DNA from: Octopus sinensis
Lineage: Eukaryota
DNA length: 64,000 bases
Direction: 5' to 3'
Assembly: GCF_006345805.1 (NCBI RefSeq)
Contig: NC_043003.1
Location: forward strand, 40,362,001-40,426,000
Numbering within the stretch: the first letter of the stretch is position 1; the number at the start of each line of letters is the position of its first letter. Shown in pieces: positions 11,946 to 24,491 of the stretch. A program made the position numbers and the translations under genes. A model generated the notes under the pieces. The model had not been told where the DNA came from. It made no database searches and saw nothing but the letters and a program-made list of their open reading frames with translations.

Positions 11946-12209
11946 CACCATAACAATAACAACAATTGCAAAGTCAACAGCAACATTAACGTCAACGAGA
12001 GCATCATCAAAAAATTCAATAAGACCCACATCAACATCAAAAATATCAAAGCAACAACAACAACAACAACAGTTTGCCAGTGGCAACATCAACAGTGTCA
12101 TTAATAACAGGATAACTCACTTTATCAGTGACAACATCATCAGCAGCATCAACATCAACATCAACAGCATAATGCCAACATCTTTAACAGCAAACAAGAT
12201 TGATTTCAG

Positions 12210-12535
12210 ATTTTCGCGCAAGGCCAGTAGTTTTTTTGGGGGGAGGGGGCTAAGTCGATTACATTGACCCCAGATCCCAATTGGTACTTATTTTATCGAC
12301 CCCCGAAAGGATGAAAGACCCTTGAAATACAGGTACAACAGAAACAGGAAGTAAGAGTGAGAGAAAGTTGTGGTGAAAGAGTACAGCAGGGATCACCACC
12401 ATCCCCTGCCGGAGCCTCGTGGAGCTTTTAGGTGTTTTCGCTCAATAAACACTCACAACGTCCGGTCTGGGAATCGAAACCGCGATCCTATGATCGCTAG
12501 TCCGCTGCCCTAACCACTGGGCCATTGCGCCTCCA
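12210..12535 (-). mobile_element. Fused partial family A and family C SINEs
   Basis: Family A core at about 12210-12320 is joined to the 5' ~215 nt of family C. Confidence 0.75.
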
Positions 12536-12745
12536 CCAACATCAGCAATAGCAACAGCATGAACATCAACAGCTATATAAATAACAGCAACAACAAAAGC
12601 AACAATACCAAGAACAATCGAAAATGTCAGTAGGTTGGTAGGTAGGTATGAGGGTAGGTAGTATGTTTCAGGTGGAAATGTTTGATTAGAAAAGCGTGGG
12701 CTGGTGTGAATTAGGTACTTTGTGGAACGGCAGCAACAACAGCAG

Positions 12746-12950
12746 CAGTGGAGGCACAATGGCCCAGTGGTTAGGGCAGTGGACTCGCGGTCGTAAGAAC
12801 GCTGTTTCGATTCCCAGACCGGGCATTGTGAGTGACTATTGAGCAAAAGCACCTAAGTTCCACGAGCCTCCGGCGGGGGAGGGTGGTGAACCCCGTTGTA
12901 CCCTTTCACCACAACTTTCTCTCACTCTTTCTTCCTTCTTCTGCCACAAA
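12746..12950 (+). mobile_element. Family C SINE, 5' half
   Basis: GTGGAGGCACAATGGCCCAGTGGTTAGGG head. Confidence 0.8.
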
Positions 12951-13510
12951 GCAGAGGAACCATGGTGTAACCCACTATGGTGTGGTAAACTTTCAGACCC
13001 TAGTCTAGATTGCAAATCCTCTGTACACAAGGATGGTTCACCCGTTAAAAGCCGCCGTTTACGGAATGAGAATAACAACGTAACTTTCGCGCACGTGCAA
13101 CCGCCAGTCTATCAAGTGTGGCGGGTGGCTCTTCAAGTTGCCACACTCATTCTTAGTAGCTTAGAGTAGGCTCGAATTAGAGATTATTCTTTGTGGCTAA
13201 TGACGTGAGTCCTGATTGGAAGACGAAGAAGAAGAAGACAGCAGCAGCAATCGAAGCAGCAATCCCAGCAACAGCAGCAACTAGAAGAAAGAACGATTTC
13301 CCTCCTTCTTCCTCACCTTCTTTCACCTCCCTTCAATACACCATCACCACCATCGTTGTCGTCGTCGTCGTCATAGTCCTCCTCTTTCTTCTCCCCATCA
13401 TTATCATCATCATCATCGTCGTCGTCGTGTTTGTCGTCGCCGTCGCCGCCGTCCATCTCGTCGTTATTGTCTTTATCGTCGTTGTCTTCCGGAAGTATTT
13501 GATCAGGAAG

Positions 13511-13610
13511 NNNNNNNNNNNNNNNNNNNNNNNNNNNNNNNNNNNNNNNNNNNNNNNNNNNNNNNNNNNNNNNNNNNNNNNNNNNNNNNNNNNNNNNNNN
13601 NNNNNNNNNN
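13511..13610. other. Assembly gap (100 N)
   Basis: A run of exactly 100 N, a standard placeholder for a gap of unknown size. Confidence 0.99.
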
Positions 13611-14365
13611 CGCCTTAGAAAATGTAGTTGTGTCCATTTAAGATCCGACTTCGACTGTTCCTTAGGTCGATGCCGTAAGTATTAGCTGCATAAGTTATAA
13701 CTCTCTACAAAGCTCGAGTGGGATCTGCAATTGCGTAGTTCCCACTTTTAAAATGATGTCCTTGCTGCACACACAGACATCCTAGATTACAGCCTAAGAA
13801 ATGTCACTTGTCTGATAGGTATAAAATTATTCACACATACGCTCCAGCCTCTTCTCCACGGATATATTGTCCTCTCCGCCCTTTTCTGCTTTTATTACAG
13901 TCGCTTCAGCTCTTTGGAGCTGGCTAGTCTCGAACGAATTCTATCAAGCATTTTCGGTTCACTTGTCATCCCCATCTTGTCCAATCTGTAGGCTACAACA
14001 CCCAATCCTTCCATTTCAGAAAGTCAGCCATTTTGAATTCTCTCGCCTCGTTGGTTATGGCTCTCATACAGTTATGGATGTGAATTTTTTAAACTGGAAT
14101 GTTAGCGATGTCGCCGTCACCGGACTCAGATAGGCTGTGAAAACCATAGGTACTGTCTCTTGTTACAGAACTAATAAATAAATAACTGGTGTTGTCAAGT
14201 CATGTGACAATTACTACAGTCGTTTATGAATAGTGAACCTCTTTGTAATCAAAATGAGAAACTATAAGAAGAGTGTGTAGTTGGTTTGAAGCATCCTACA
14301 TCAACGATTGAGGAGTTGCTGCTGCTGCTAACTCAAAGATCGGGTAATACACATTATGTAAATAA

Positions 14366-14480
14366 ACATTTCATTGACTGTATTCTTCTGAAGACGGGCC
14401 TTTGCGCCAGAAATATATTGTGAATACACATTTCATTGACTGTATTCTTCTGAAGACAGGCCATTGCGCCTGAAATATAA
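14366..14480 (+). ncRNA. Tandem pair of minimal hammerhead-ribozyme-like motifs (62-nt period), probably a Penelope-like terminus
   Basis: Copy 1 reads TGTATTCTT-CTGAAGA-C-GGGC..GCCA-GAAA-TATAT-T-GTGAATACA. Copy 2 has a perfect AGGC/GCCT stem II but is truncated after GAAATATA. Confidence 0.5.
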
Positions 14481-14934
14481 GGGCTTCAAAAGCTTCAGCG
14501 TTGTTACAAGCTTTCGTTAAAACTCATTTCATTCATTTTTCACCTAATGAGAAAATATAGCCAAAGATATACAAGATGGTGGAATTGAAAGTTAAAACTG
14601 TAATTTTACTGAATCTACTGTGTCAGATTCGATAAAGTAAAACACTAATTGTTTGTTGTTGTTGTTGTTGTTGTTGCTGTTATCGTCGTTTAGCCTTCGA
14701 CTAGCTCTGATGGAGTAGACTTATGTACAAAGATGTTCCAACCTTGACTAACTCGTCTTTTTTTTTATGTTTGATATCCAATGTGAAAGCGGTCGATTGG
14801 CAGAGTCATTAGAACGTCGCAAAGAAAACACTGATATTTGTTGTCACGCTGAATCCCGTTCACGTTAACTTTACCTTTCATACTTCATCATCATCATCAT
14901 CATCATCATAACCACCACCACTACCACCACCACC

Positions 14935-14985
<51 letters not shown>

Positions 14986-15535
14986 ACCACTACCACCACC
15001 ACCACCAACAACAACAACAGCAATAACAACACTATCCCCATAATCGTCATAACCAATACCACTGTCACCACAACAACCAGAACCAGAACCAGAACCTCAC
15101 TTCACTACCACTTCACTTCACTACCACTGTTACTTCCTCTGCCACCATAATCGTCAAAACATCCACGACGACGGCGACCACCACCACCACCACAACCACT
15201 ACCACCACCATCACTACCACCACCATCACTACCACCACCATCACCACCACCACCATCACCAGCACCAGCACCAGCACCACGACGACCACGACGACCACGA
15301 CGACCACGACGACCACGACCACGACCACCATCATCATCATCATCGTCAATGTTTCTATTGTTTCGTCATGATCCGGGTTCAAATCTCATCTCGATCTATT
15401 TAGCCTTCTTCTACATGAGGGGGTCAATAAAAAATGAAGCGTGAATCTTTCGCCTTTTCTCTTATTTTCTATTCAATCCTTTTTCTCTTTTTCATCCCAG
15501 GTTCTTTCTAGAACAACAACAATAACAACAACAAC

Positions 15536-15537
15536 TA

Positions 15538-15604
<67 letters not shown>

Positions 15605-15615
15605 GCTGCTGCTGC
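15536..15615 (+). repeat. (TAC)n microsatellite
   Basis: Direct reading of the sequence. Confidence 0.95.
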
Positions 15616-16107
15616 TTGTTATTCTTCATTACATATATCTTAACTATACCAACCATAATTAATCAATAGCTTCATTTGAAGCAACCTCTTCGCCCTTGTC
15701 ATATATATATATACATATACTCTCACACCCTACCTACATCCATTCATCCATTCATCTAGTCATCCATATATGTATGCATGCATTCCTACATACATACATA
15801 CATACATACATACATACATACATACATACATACATACATACGTATATGCATACATACGTACGTACGTGCGGGCGTACGTAGGTATACACACACACTAGTA
15901 AAAGGTGCGCTTACACGTTTAATTCTACGCATTTATATACTCATATGTGCTTGTGTGTATGAGTAAATGTGTGTATGTATGTATAAACATATACACACGC
16001 ACACACACACACACATATATATATACACATGTATATACGTACGTTTGTTTGTTATATATATATATATGTAAATATATATTCATATATATATACATGTATA
16101 TATATAT

Positions 16108-16157
<50 letters not shown>

Positions 16158-16228
16158 ATATATATATATATATATATGAATTTATGTATGTATGTGTGTG
16201 TATATATATGCATATGCACATAGACACA

Positions 16229-16263
<35 letters not shown>

Positions 16264-16647
16264 TGTGTGTGTTGTGTGTGTGAGTGTGTGTATGTGTGTT
16301 TGTGTGTGTGTGTGTGTATGCATATGTGTTTGTGTGTGTGCGTATATATATGTGTACTTATTACCTCGCACATACACACATATTAATACAAGGTTTTATA
16401 GACATCCTAGATGTAGTTTGAAACAACAGTGATTGCTACGGAGATCGGATAGATAATACAATGTATGTTGACTATAATGACGGTGTGCCTGTCATTTTGT
16501 TGTTGTCCTCCAAATATGTTCAAATATTATTGTCTGAATTAATGAATTTTTAGAAAAGCTTCTCAAAATTTGACAGGTATATTAACTTACTCTCATCCGA
16601 CCCACGTAACCTTTTGCTGCTCTGCAGACGCCATTCAGTTAATGTGT

Positions 16648-16685
<38 letters not shown>

Positions 16686-16727
16686 TGTGTGTGAGTGTGT
16701 GAGTGTGTTTGAGCGCGTGTGTATTAA

Positions 16728-16760
<33 letters not shown>

Positions 16761-16811
16761 CTATATCTACCTATCTATCTATCTATCTATCTAAACATAC
16801 ATATATATATA

Positions 16812-16881
<70 letters not shown>

Positions 16882-17064
16882 TGCACACATACACCCATTC
16901 ATATGTATATATATATATACACACATACACGCACACACGAATGTATGTCTTTGTATATGCGTGTGTGTATGTAAAATTTGTCAATCTAACTATATATGCT
17001 TCTCCCACTGTGTATAAAAATCTATGTATGCATATGTGTGTGCGTATGTGCACGCGTGTATATA

Positions 17065-17123
<59 letters not shown>

Positions 17124-17405
17124 CAAATAAATATATTCACATAAGTACATGCATGCCACTCGTATACACACACATACATGCATTTATATAATACACATAC
17201 ACACGCACACACACATATCCGATTTCACTTATTTAATATACATACGATATACAAACACATACACATGCACAAACATACAAACATATACACACAGAGAAAT
17301 GCACGTTCGCACTCACACACACATACACATACACATATATGTTAAACGAATGTAAAGTATGTAACTTTTGTCAAGCTTTATCATCATGTTGTGTTCATAT
17401 CAGTC

Positions 17406-17446
<41 letters not shown>

Positions 17447-17474
17447 CATTATCATCATCATCCTCATCCTCATC

Positions 17475-17524
<50 letters not shown>

Positions 17525-17559
17525 CATTATAATAATAATAATAATTATTATTATTATTT

Positions 17560-18170
17560 AAGGCGGCGCGCTGGCAGACTCGTTAGCGCGCTGAACGAAA
17601 TGTTTAACGGTATTTCGCCCGTCGTTACGTTGTGAGTTCAAATTCCACCGAGGTCGACTTTGCCTTTCATCCTTTCGGGGTCGATAAATCAAGTACCAGT
17701 TACGCACTGGGGTCGATATAATCGACTTAATCCGTTTGTCTGTCCTTGTTTGTCCTCTCTGTGTTTAGCCCCTTGTGGGTAGTAAAGAAACAAGTATTTC
17801 GTCTGCCGTTACGTTCTCAGTTCAAATTCCACCGAGGTCGACTTTTCCTTTCATCCTTTCTGGATCGATAAATTAAGTACGATGTAATCGACTGGCCCCA
17901 CCTCCCCTAAAATTTCGGGTTTTGTGCCTAGAGTAGAAAATATTATTATTATTATCAAGGCGACGAGCTGGCAGAATCGTTAGCACGCGTCGCGAAATGC
18001 TTAGCGACATTTCGTCCGTCATTACGTTCTGAGTTCAAATTCCACCGAGATCGACATTGCCTTTCATCCTTTCGGCGTCAATAAAATAAGCACCAGTTAC
18101 TCACTGAGGTCAATGTAATTGACTATCCCCTTGGATTGCTGGCTTTGTGGCAAAATTTGAAGCCTCTATT
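17560..18170 (+). mobile_element. Cluster of family A SINEs following a (TAT)n array
   Basis: AAGGCGGCGCGCTGGCAGA head at about 17560, an internal module repeat, and a second head at about 17957. Confidence 0.85.
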
Positions 18171-18584
18171 ACGATAGCCTTTTTTATATACTTAATTATT
18201 ATTTTGAAAAGGCTTCAAAAGATTGAATCATAAGACTTGCTGATCATTGGCAGGAATAAAGTTCCGTCAATCTATATACATGAGCCTGGCTAGGCTTGAA
18301 AAGGGCGACGTTTTTTTATCGTATACATTATATAGGAGTCAGTATCAAAATATATAAATTTAGCAGAGAAACTGGAGAATCACGAGACCAATAGTTCATA
18401 ACAATTTCTCGTAAAAATCCTGAAAGTTTGCACAGTAGTGTCAGGGATGATGTAGAGAAGAATTCCGATTTCCTTTGGCATTGTTTCAAATTGGATAGGT
18501 AAGAAGAAGACCTGGGATTTACTAGGCAAACCTCGCAAATGAGGGAGTGGAGAATGCACATATGTATGTATGCATGTATGTATA

Positions 18585-18644
<60 letters not shown>

Positions 18645-18654
18645 TGCGAGTGTT

Positions 18655-18960
18655 GTGGAGGCAAGGCACGTGGTTTAGTAGTTAGAGAATCGGTTCACGA
18701 TCGTAAAGTCGAGAGTTCGATCCCTGGCGGCGTGTTGTGTCCTTCAGCAAGACACGTTGTTTTACGTTACTCCTGTTCACTCAGCTGGCAACAGTGAGCT
18801 GTAACCGTAATTCAAGTTCAAAGGGGCGTTCTTCTTAAGAACTACGTTAAGGCGACGCGTGCCTGTGGAGTGTGTAGTGACTTGCACGTTAATTTCACGT
18901 ACATGCTGTTCTCCTGATCGGATCAAGTGGAACCCTCGTCGTCATAACCGACAGAATGGC
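18655..18960 (+). mobile_element. Diverged family C-related SINE
   Basis: tRNA-like head; 3' end ttaatttcacg...tgatcggatcaagtggaaccctcgtcgtcataaccgac matches family C. Confidence 0.7.
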
Positions 18961-19174
18961 AGCGTGCGTGTTTGCGTGTGTGCGTGCGGGAACGTGTGTA
19001 TACGCGCGCGCGGCACACACACACACAAAAACACACACACAACACTCACACACACACTCACACACACACATACACACACATATATCCGAGAGGTGAGTAA
19101 AATTGGAGAATTGATTCAAGTGTTTTCAGTAGATCGTGAAATACTCAATTTTACATGAGTTTCAGTAGCGAATA

Positions 19175-19430
19175 GTGGAGGCGCGTGGCTTAGTGGTTAG
19201 GGTGTTGTACTCATGATTGTAAGGTTGTGGTTTCGATTCCTGGACCGGGCATTGCGTTGTGTTCTTGAGCAAAACACTTCATTTTCACGTTGCTCCAGTC
19301 CACTCAGCTGGCAAAAATGAGTAATCCTGCGACGGACCGGCGTCCCGTCCAGGTGGGGAATTTCTACGCCTCTGAAACCGGGAAACCGGCCCTTATGATT
19401 CTAGCATGGCTCGAGAAGGAACATGTTTTT
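19175..19430 (+). mobile_element. tRNA-derived SINE, family C-related subfamily
   Basis: GTGGAGGCGCGTGGCTTAGTGGTTAGGG...TTTCGATTCC head. A related degenerate copy lies at about 49325-49560. Confidence 0.7.
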
Positions 19431-20119
19431 TTCAGTAGCGAATACTGAGACGTTATGCACAATCGTTACATAAAATATTACACAACAGGGTTGAAATGCC
19501 ACATCTTCAGAGGAATACATTAAGTCAATACTACGTAACAACTACGCTGGTTGGCATTGCAATCGCACTTTAAGTTATTCTAATGTATATTAAACCGAGA
19601 GATAAAAGGAGGACAAATACTCGACTAAAATTTAGACATTCAAGTATTTAAAGGCTCGAAACGTTAGTCGAGCTTAGATGTGCGAATATTCTGGTTACAA
19701 TTAAGAGTAGATGAACATAAAATTTTAATGGCGTTTTTGTTGAAATTTCTATAGTACTTAACTTGTGAAGGAAGATGATTCCTAAATAAAATAATCATGT
19801 GTAGTTTTATTACTGTCGTGTGGAGGTGTGAAACATGTAATATTTACATCTAACAGATGTTTTCTTCAGTATCAGGAAGAATACGACGTGACGTCAATTC
19901 GCTATTTTCCGTGCACTATAAGCATAAAAAGAAGCAGAGACGAGCAGGAAATAATTTTTATGCGATTAAACATACATTCACACATCCATCCATCCATCCA
20001 AAATCATAAATAATAAATATATATATATAGATGTATGAATATATAAGTTTATATATATCTATATATACGAATATAAGTATGCATGTTGGTACATATGTGT
20101 ATGTCTGTATATGTATATG

Positions 20120-20163
<44 letters not shown>

Positions 20164-20169
20164 TATATA

Positions 20170-20223
<54 letters not shown>

Positions 20224-20544
20224 AGTGAGTGTTGCAGGTGTGGGCGTGTGTTGTACGAGTATGTATTTGTATCTGTAAATTAATTAACGGCAATAGAATC
20301 TAAACCGCAGGTATTCGGATGCCAGCCCTGGGGATCGGTGTTGTATTTAGCTTACAGTTTGATATATTAATACAAACATGTGCTCTATGTTCACTACTAG
20401 ATTAGTTCCCATCAAGAACACCTCCCCACCGTTTTATGTATGTATGTTTGTATGTATGTATGTATGTATGTATGTATGTATGTATGTATGTATGTATGTA
20501 TGTATGTATGTATGTGTGCGTATGTATGTATGTATGTATGTATG

Positions 20545-20576
<32 letters not shown>

Positions 20577-20756
20577 AATGTATGTATGTATGTGTGCGTA
20601 TGTATGTATGTATGTATGTATGTATGTATGTATGTATGTATGTATGTATGTGTGTGTGTGTATGTGTACATAGAAATATAGTATATGTATATTAACACAT
20701 TAAATAGACGTATATAATGAAATATATATGTGTATTCGAATATATATACTTATCTA

Positions 20757-20819
<63 letters not shown>

Positions 20820-20932
20820 CATCATCCATCTCTCCTCTCTCTCTCTCTCTCTGTATATATATATATATATCTATATATATATAATATATATATATATATA
20901 CATATACACATACATACACAACACACACACAC

Positions 20933-20973
<41 letters not shown>

Positions 20974-21308
20974 GTCCATAGATATATACATAGATATATG
21001 CAAACATGTGTAGATACAGATTTATAAATACATACTTCGTCGTGTATAACAATACATACACACGCACCACACATACGCACACGCATAGACTACGCACATA
21101 GTGTGAGTGTCTGCGTGTTTTTCCTGAGAACTAATCTAGTATTGAACGGAAAACTCATGTTTGTATTATTCAATCTAAACGTAAGTCGAGATACGATATT
21201 GATCCCCAAAGCTGGTATCCAGTACCTGCGTTCTGGATTCTGTTGGTACTAATTAATTTACAGATATGAATGCAAAAGTACACAGAACAATCACACACAG
21301 CACAACTG

Positions 21309-21365
<57 letters not shown>

Positions 21366-21476
21366 TGCTTCTTGTACCGTTGTATTGTCGAGTTGCTCTG
21401 TTGTGAGAGCGCGAATTGTTATGCTATTTTATTGCAGTTTATTGTTGGATGTTTAGCCTAATGCCATCTCCAATCT

Positions 21477-21857
21477 GGAAGCACTCCGTCGGTTACGACG
21501 ACGAGGGTTCCGGTTGATCCGATCAACGGAACAGCCTGCTCGTGAAATTAACGCGTAAGTGGCTGAGCACTCCACAGACACGTGCACCCTTAACGTAGTT
21601 CTCGGGGATATTCAGCGTGACACAGAGAGTGACAAGGCCGGTCCTTTGAAATACAGGTACAACAGAAACAGGAAGTAAGAATGAAAGAAAGTTGTGGTGA
21701 AAGAGTTCAGCGGGGATCACCACCATCCCTGCCGGAGCCTCGTGGAGCTTTAGGTATTTTCGCTCAATAAACACTCACAACGCCCGGTCTGGGAATCGAA
21801 ACCGCGATCCTACGACCGCGAGTCCGCTGCCCTAACCACTGGGCCATTGCGCCTCCA
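21477..21857 (-). mobile_element. Full-length family C SINE with a 13-bp TSD
   Basis: Highly similar to 10906-11299. Flanked by CCATCTCCAATCT (21464-21476) and CCATCTCCGATCT (21858-21870), one mismatch. Confidence 0.9.
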
Positions 21858-22039
21858 CCATCTCCGATCTAACACACGTATGACTAAGATCAACCCACTT
21901 GTACCCATCACATCTTTTCTGCATATTTAGGGACCAAATTAGCCGAATACGTCTTTTTGTAAAACGGTGAAGTGCTTAGAGAAGTTTTGCTACTCTTACA
22001 AGTAGATCAAGCGGAAAGGATACCTGCTGCCTATCTATT

Positions 22040-22212
<173 letters not shown>

Positions 22213-22435
22213 CTCTCTGGACAGACAGACGCAAGTCAAATGGGCTCCACGTAAGTTGGTAATTTTGTACGTTCAAAAGTGTATATTGACAAATATTTTG
22301 TGTTTAAAAGTTGTGCAACAACATCCGCTGTAAACCTTTGATAAATATCTACACAAAATTTTGCCCTTGTGGGCAAAATTAAAAAGAAAAAATTCTCATA
22401 GCCTTCGTGGTTCCATTTAGCCATTTTATTTCAAA

Positions 22436-24470
22436 ATGGCCACTGGTCACCACGAGGCTGAGTTGCAAGTCAAGCGTGACGCAGAGACAAAAAAACAGGA
22501 TGCCCTGCTAGCATACGCTGAACCTGACAACAACACCACCACCACACCACCATCAGCATCGACAAACAGCAACAACTATAAAACAAAGGTCGTTAAAGCC
22601 AAGCACCGTCACCACCATCAACACCGACACCACAAACATAGCAGCTTCTGCTACGACAACTGCTTCCTCTACCAACAACAACAAACCAAGGTCACCGACA
22701 CCCTCCTTGACGACGTTGAGTACCCCACACACTTTGCCTCTACCACAATCTCATAAAGCAGGGGAAATGGGGGGAAACAACACGAACGCTGACATCGCGA
22801 CCTCCACTCACAAAACTAGTAAACAAACCCGATTTCACAGTTGAATACTACGACGAACGACTCTTGCCACAAACACACCACCACCACCACCAACCACCAA
22901 TCCACCACCACCACCACCAACCACCACCACCTCCACAAAAAACAATTTCGCGGAAGCCATACGACCGAAAAGAAGGATCTTAAAATTTACTCACAACAAA
23001 TACAAGACACAAAGTCCTTGCTCACAAGAGAAGGCGACACCATACATTTACATATTCCACGGAACATCATAGAAGAAAACACAAAGAAGATCATCATTTA
23101 CAGAATACTCAACACCAAAACAAAAGACCGGAAAGCCTACCTAAAGAAAAAATTGAAAAAGTGCCTCTCTTCCGTGTGGAAATTCCGAAATTAGTGAATG
23201 GGGAAGTAAATTTGCTACCGTGCAAGTTCACTTCCATACGGAAGAAACTAGCAAAAAGGTTTTCAACCCTTACTCTGCGCACAGACCAGGTAACAATGGT
23301 ACCAAGCTACCTGGGGCGCAGAATTACGAAAGTCACAATAAATAATGTGCCGCCAATGGTGTGAATACCCAGTGGCTGGTATCGGCCATCTGCTCCGATA
23401 TAGAGAAGCAGATATTTAGAAACAGCTGACATTCCAGGGAAAGCTGGACGGGTAAAAAACTCGGAAATATTTCTTCAAATCTCCCAAGAAGTAATAAACA
23501 ATTTACCAGCATTTGTTCAACTGGCAAACGACAAAAATTGTATGTAGTGGTGGAGGGCAGGAGACCAAGAGCTATTTATGCAACCGTGAGGCACACTTAG
23601 ATACGAGTGCCCAACTGCTGTCAGAAATAGGCAACAGCAACACTCCCCAAACCTGGAAGGAACCCCTGCTACCCACACCTCCTTCAACCCAAAGACAGGA
23701 AAAAACAGCGGGCGGGCGATACAAAACTGTTTTCCCCCTCACCCACCAACTCACCAAGAAAAGAATACCTCCGACATCGCAACCAACAAAGAAGCAACAT
23801 CACCAACCAACATCAAAAGACAAACCAACACCAGCACAAGACAACAACCAAAAAACAAATATCAATGACGACAAAGCGAAAGGACAAATTCTGCCCCTAA
23901 CACCCCAACAACACAAACACCACACCAAAACAACAACACTTCTACAAACACACATATAGATCCAAAGCTTTGCCTTTACCCTCTTCTGATTCGCGACACG
24001 TCGTCCAACGACGAAAGTCGACAGAATGGCAAATAGCCACAGGGGGTAAAAGAAAAAAGATCAAGAAAAACCAAACAAGAAATCGGAAACCAAAGCAGGG
24101 AGATACCTGAACCCTGAAAACTCCATACACAACAAAACAAGCACCAACACCACAAAAACATGCTATCAGCGATAGACACCAAAGACTCCAAACTAATGGA
24201 GTACATTCACAGGATACACAAACATTTGTGAAGATGACTTTAAAAATAGCAATCATCCACGCACATACACACCCAAACACATCAAAATACTACCACATCA
24301 CAAAACAACACCCACAAACTCAAAGCCTCTTCCCAAATGCTGTAGGGGGTTTCCAGAAATATATGTCCCAAAAACTGTATAAAAACCTCCTCGAAGACAC
24401 ATCAAAGAACGAGGAGAAGCCAAAACTTTCGACACAAGTAGTAACTCTGTACTTTCATTTTGTGTTTTAA
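22436..24470 (+). pseudogene. Tx1 LINE ORF1 (frameshifted)
   Basis: ATG at 22436, a long A/C-rich reading frame broken by indels, and a degenerate zinc knuckle at about 23570-23620 (SYLCNREAHL, then YECP in the shifted frame). Confidence 0.65.
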
Positions 24471-24491
24471 AGCACACACCCCAATAGAATC

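Noticed and set aside
13620-14140. Non-repetitive island with a strong plus-strand acceptor at 13900 and minus-strand splice-like signals
   Set aside because: The frames conflict, contain stops and show no recognisable domain. It may be an old transposon remnant.
19441-19680. CTGAAGA and CGAAACGT hammerhead-like words
   Set aside because: They lie on opposite strands or are too degenerate to assemble into stems I-III.
10906-21857. tRNA-like heads of SINE families A, B and C as possible tRNA genes
   Set aside because: They lack complete cloverleaves and continue directly into SINE bodies, two of them with TSDs.
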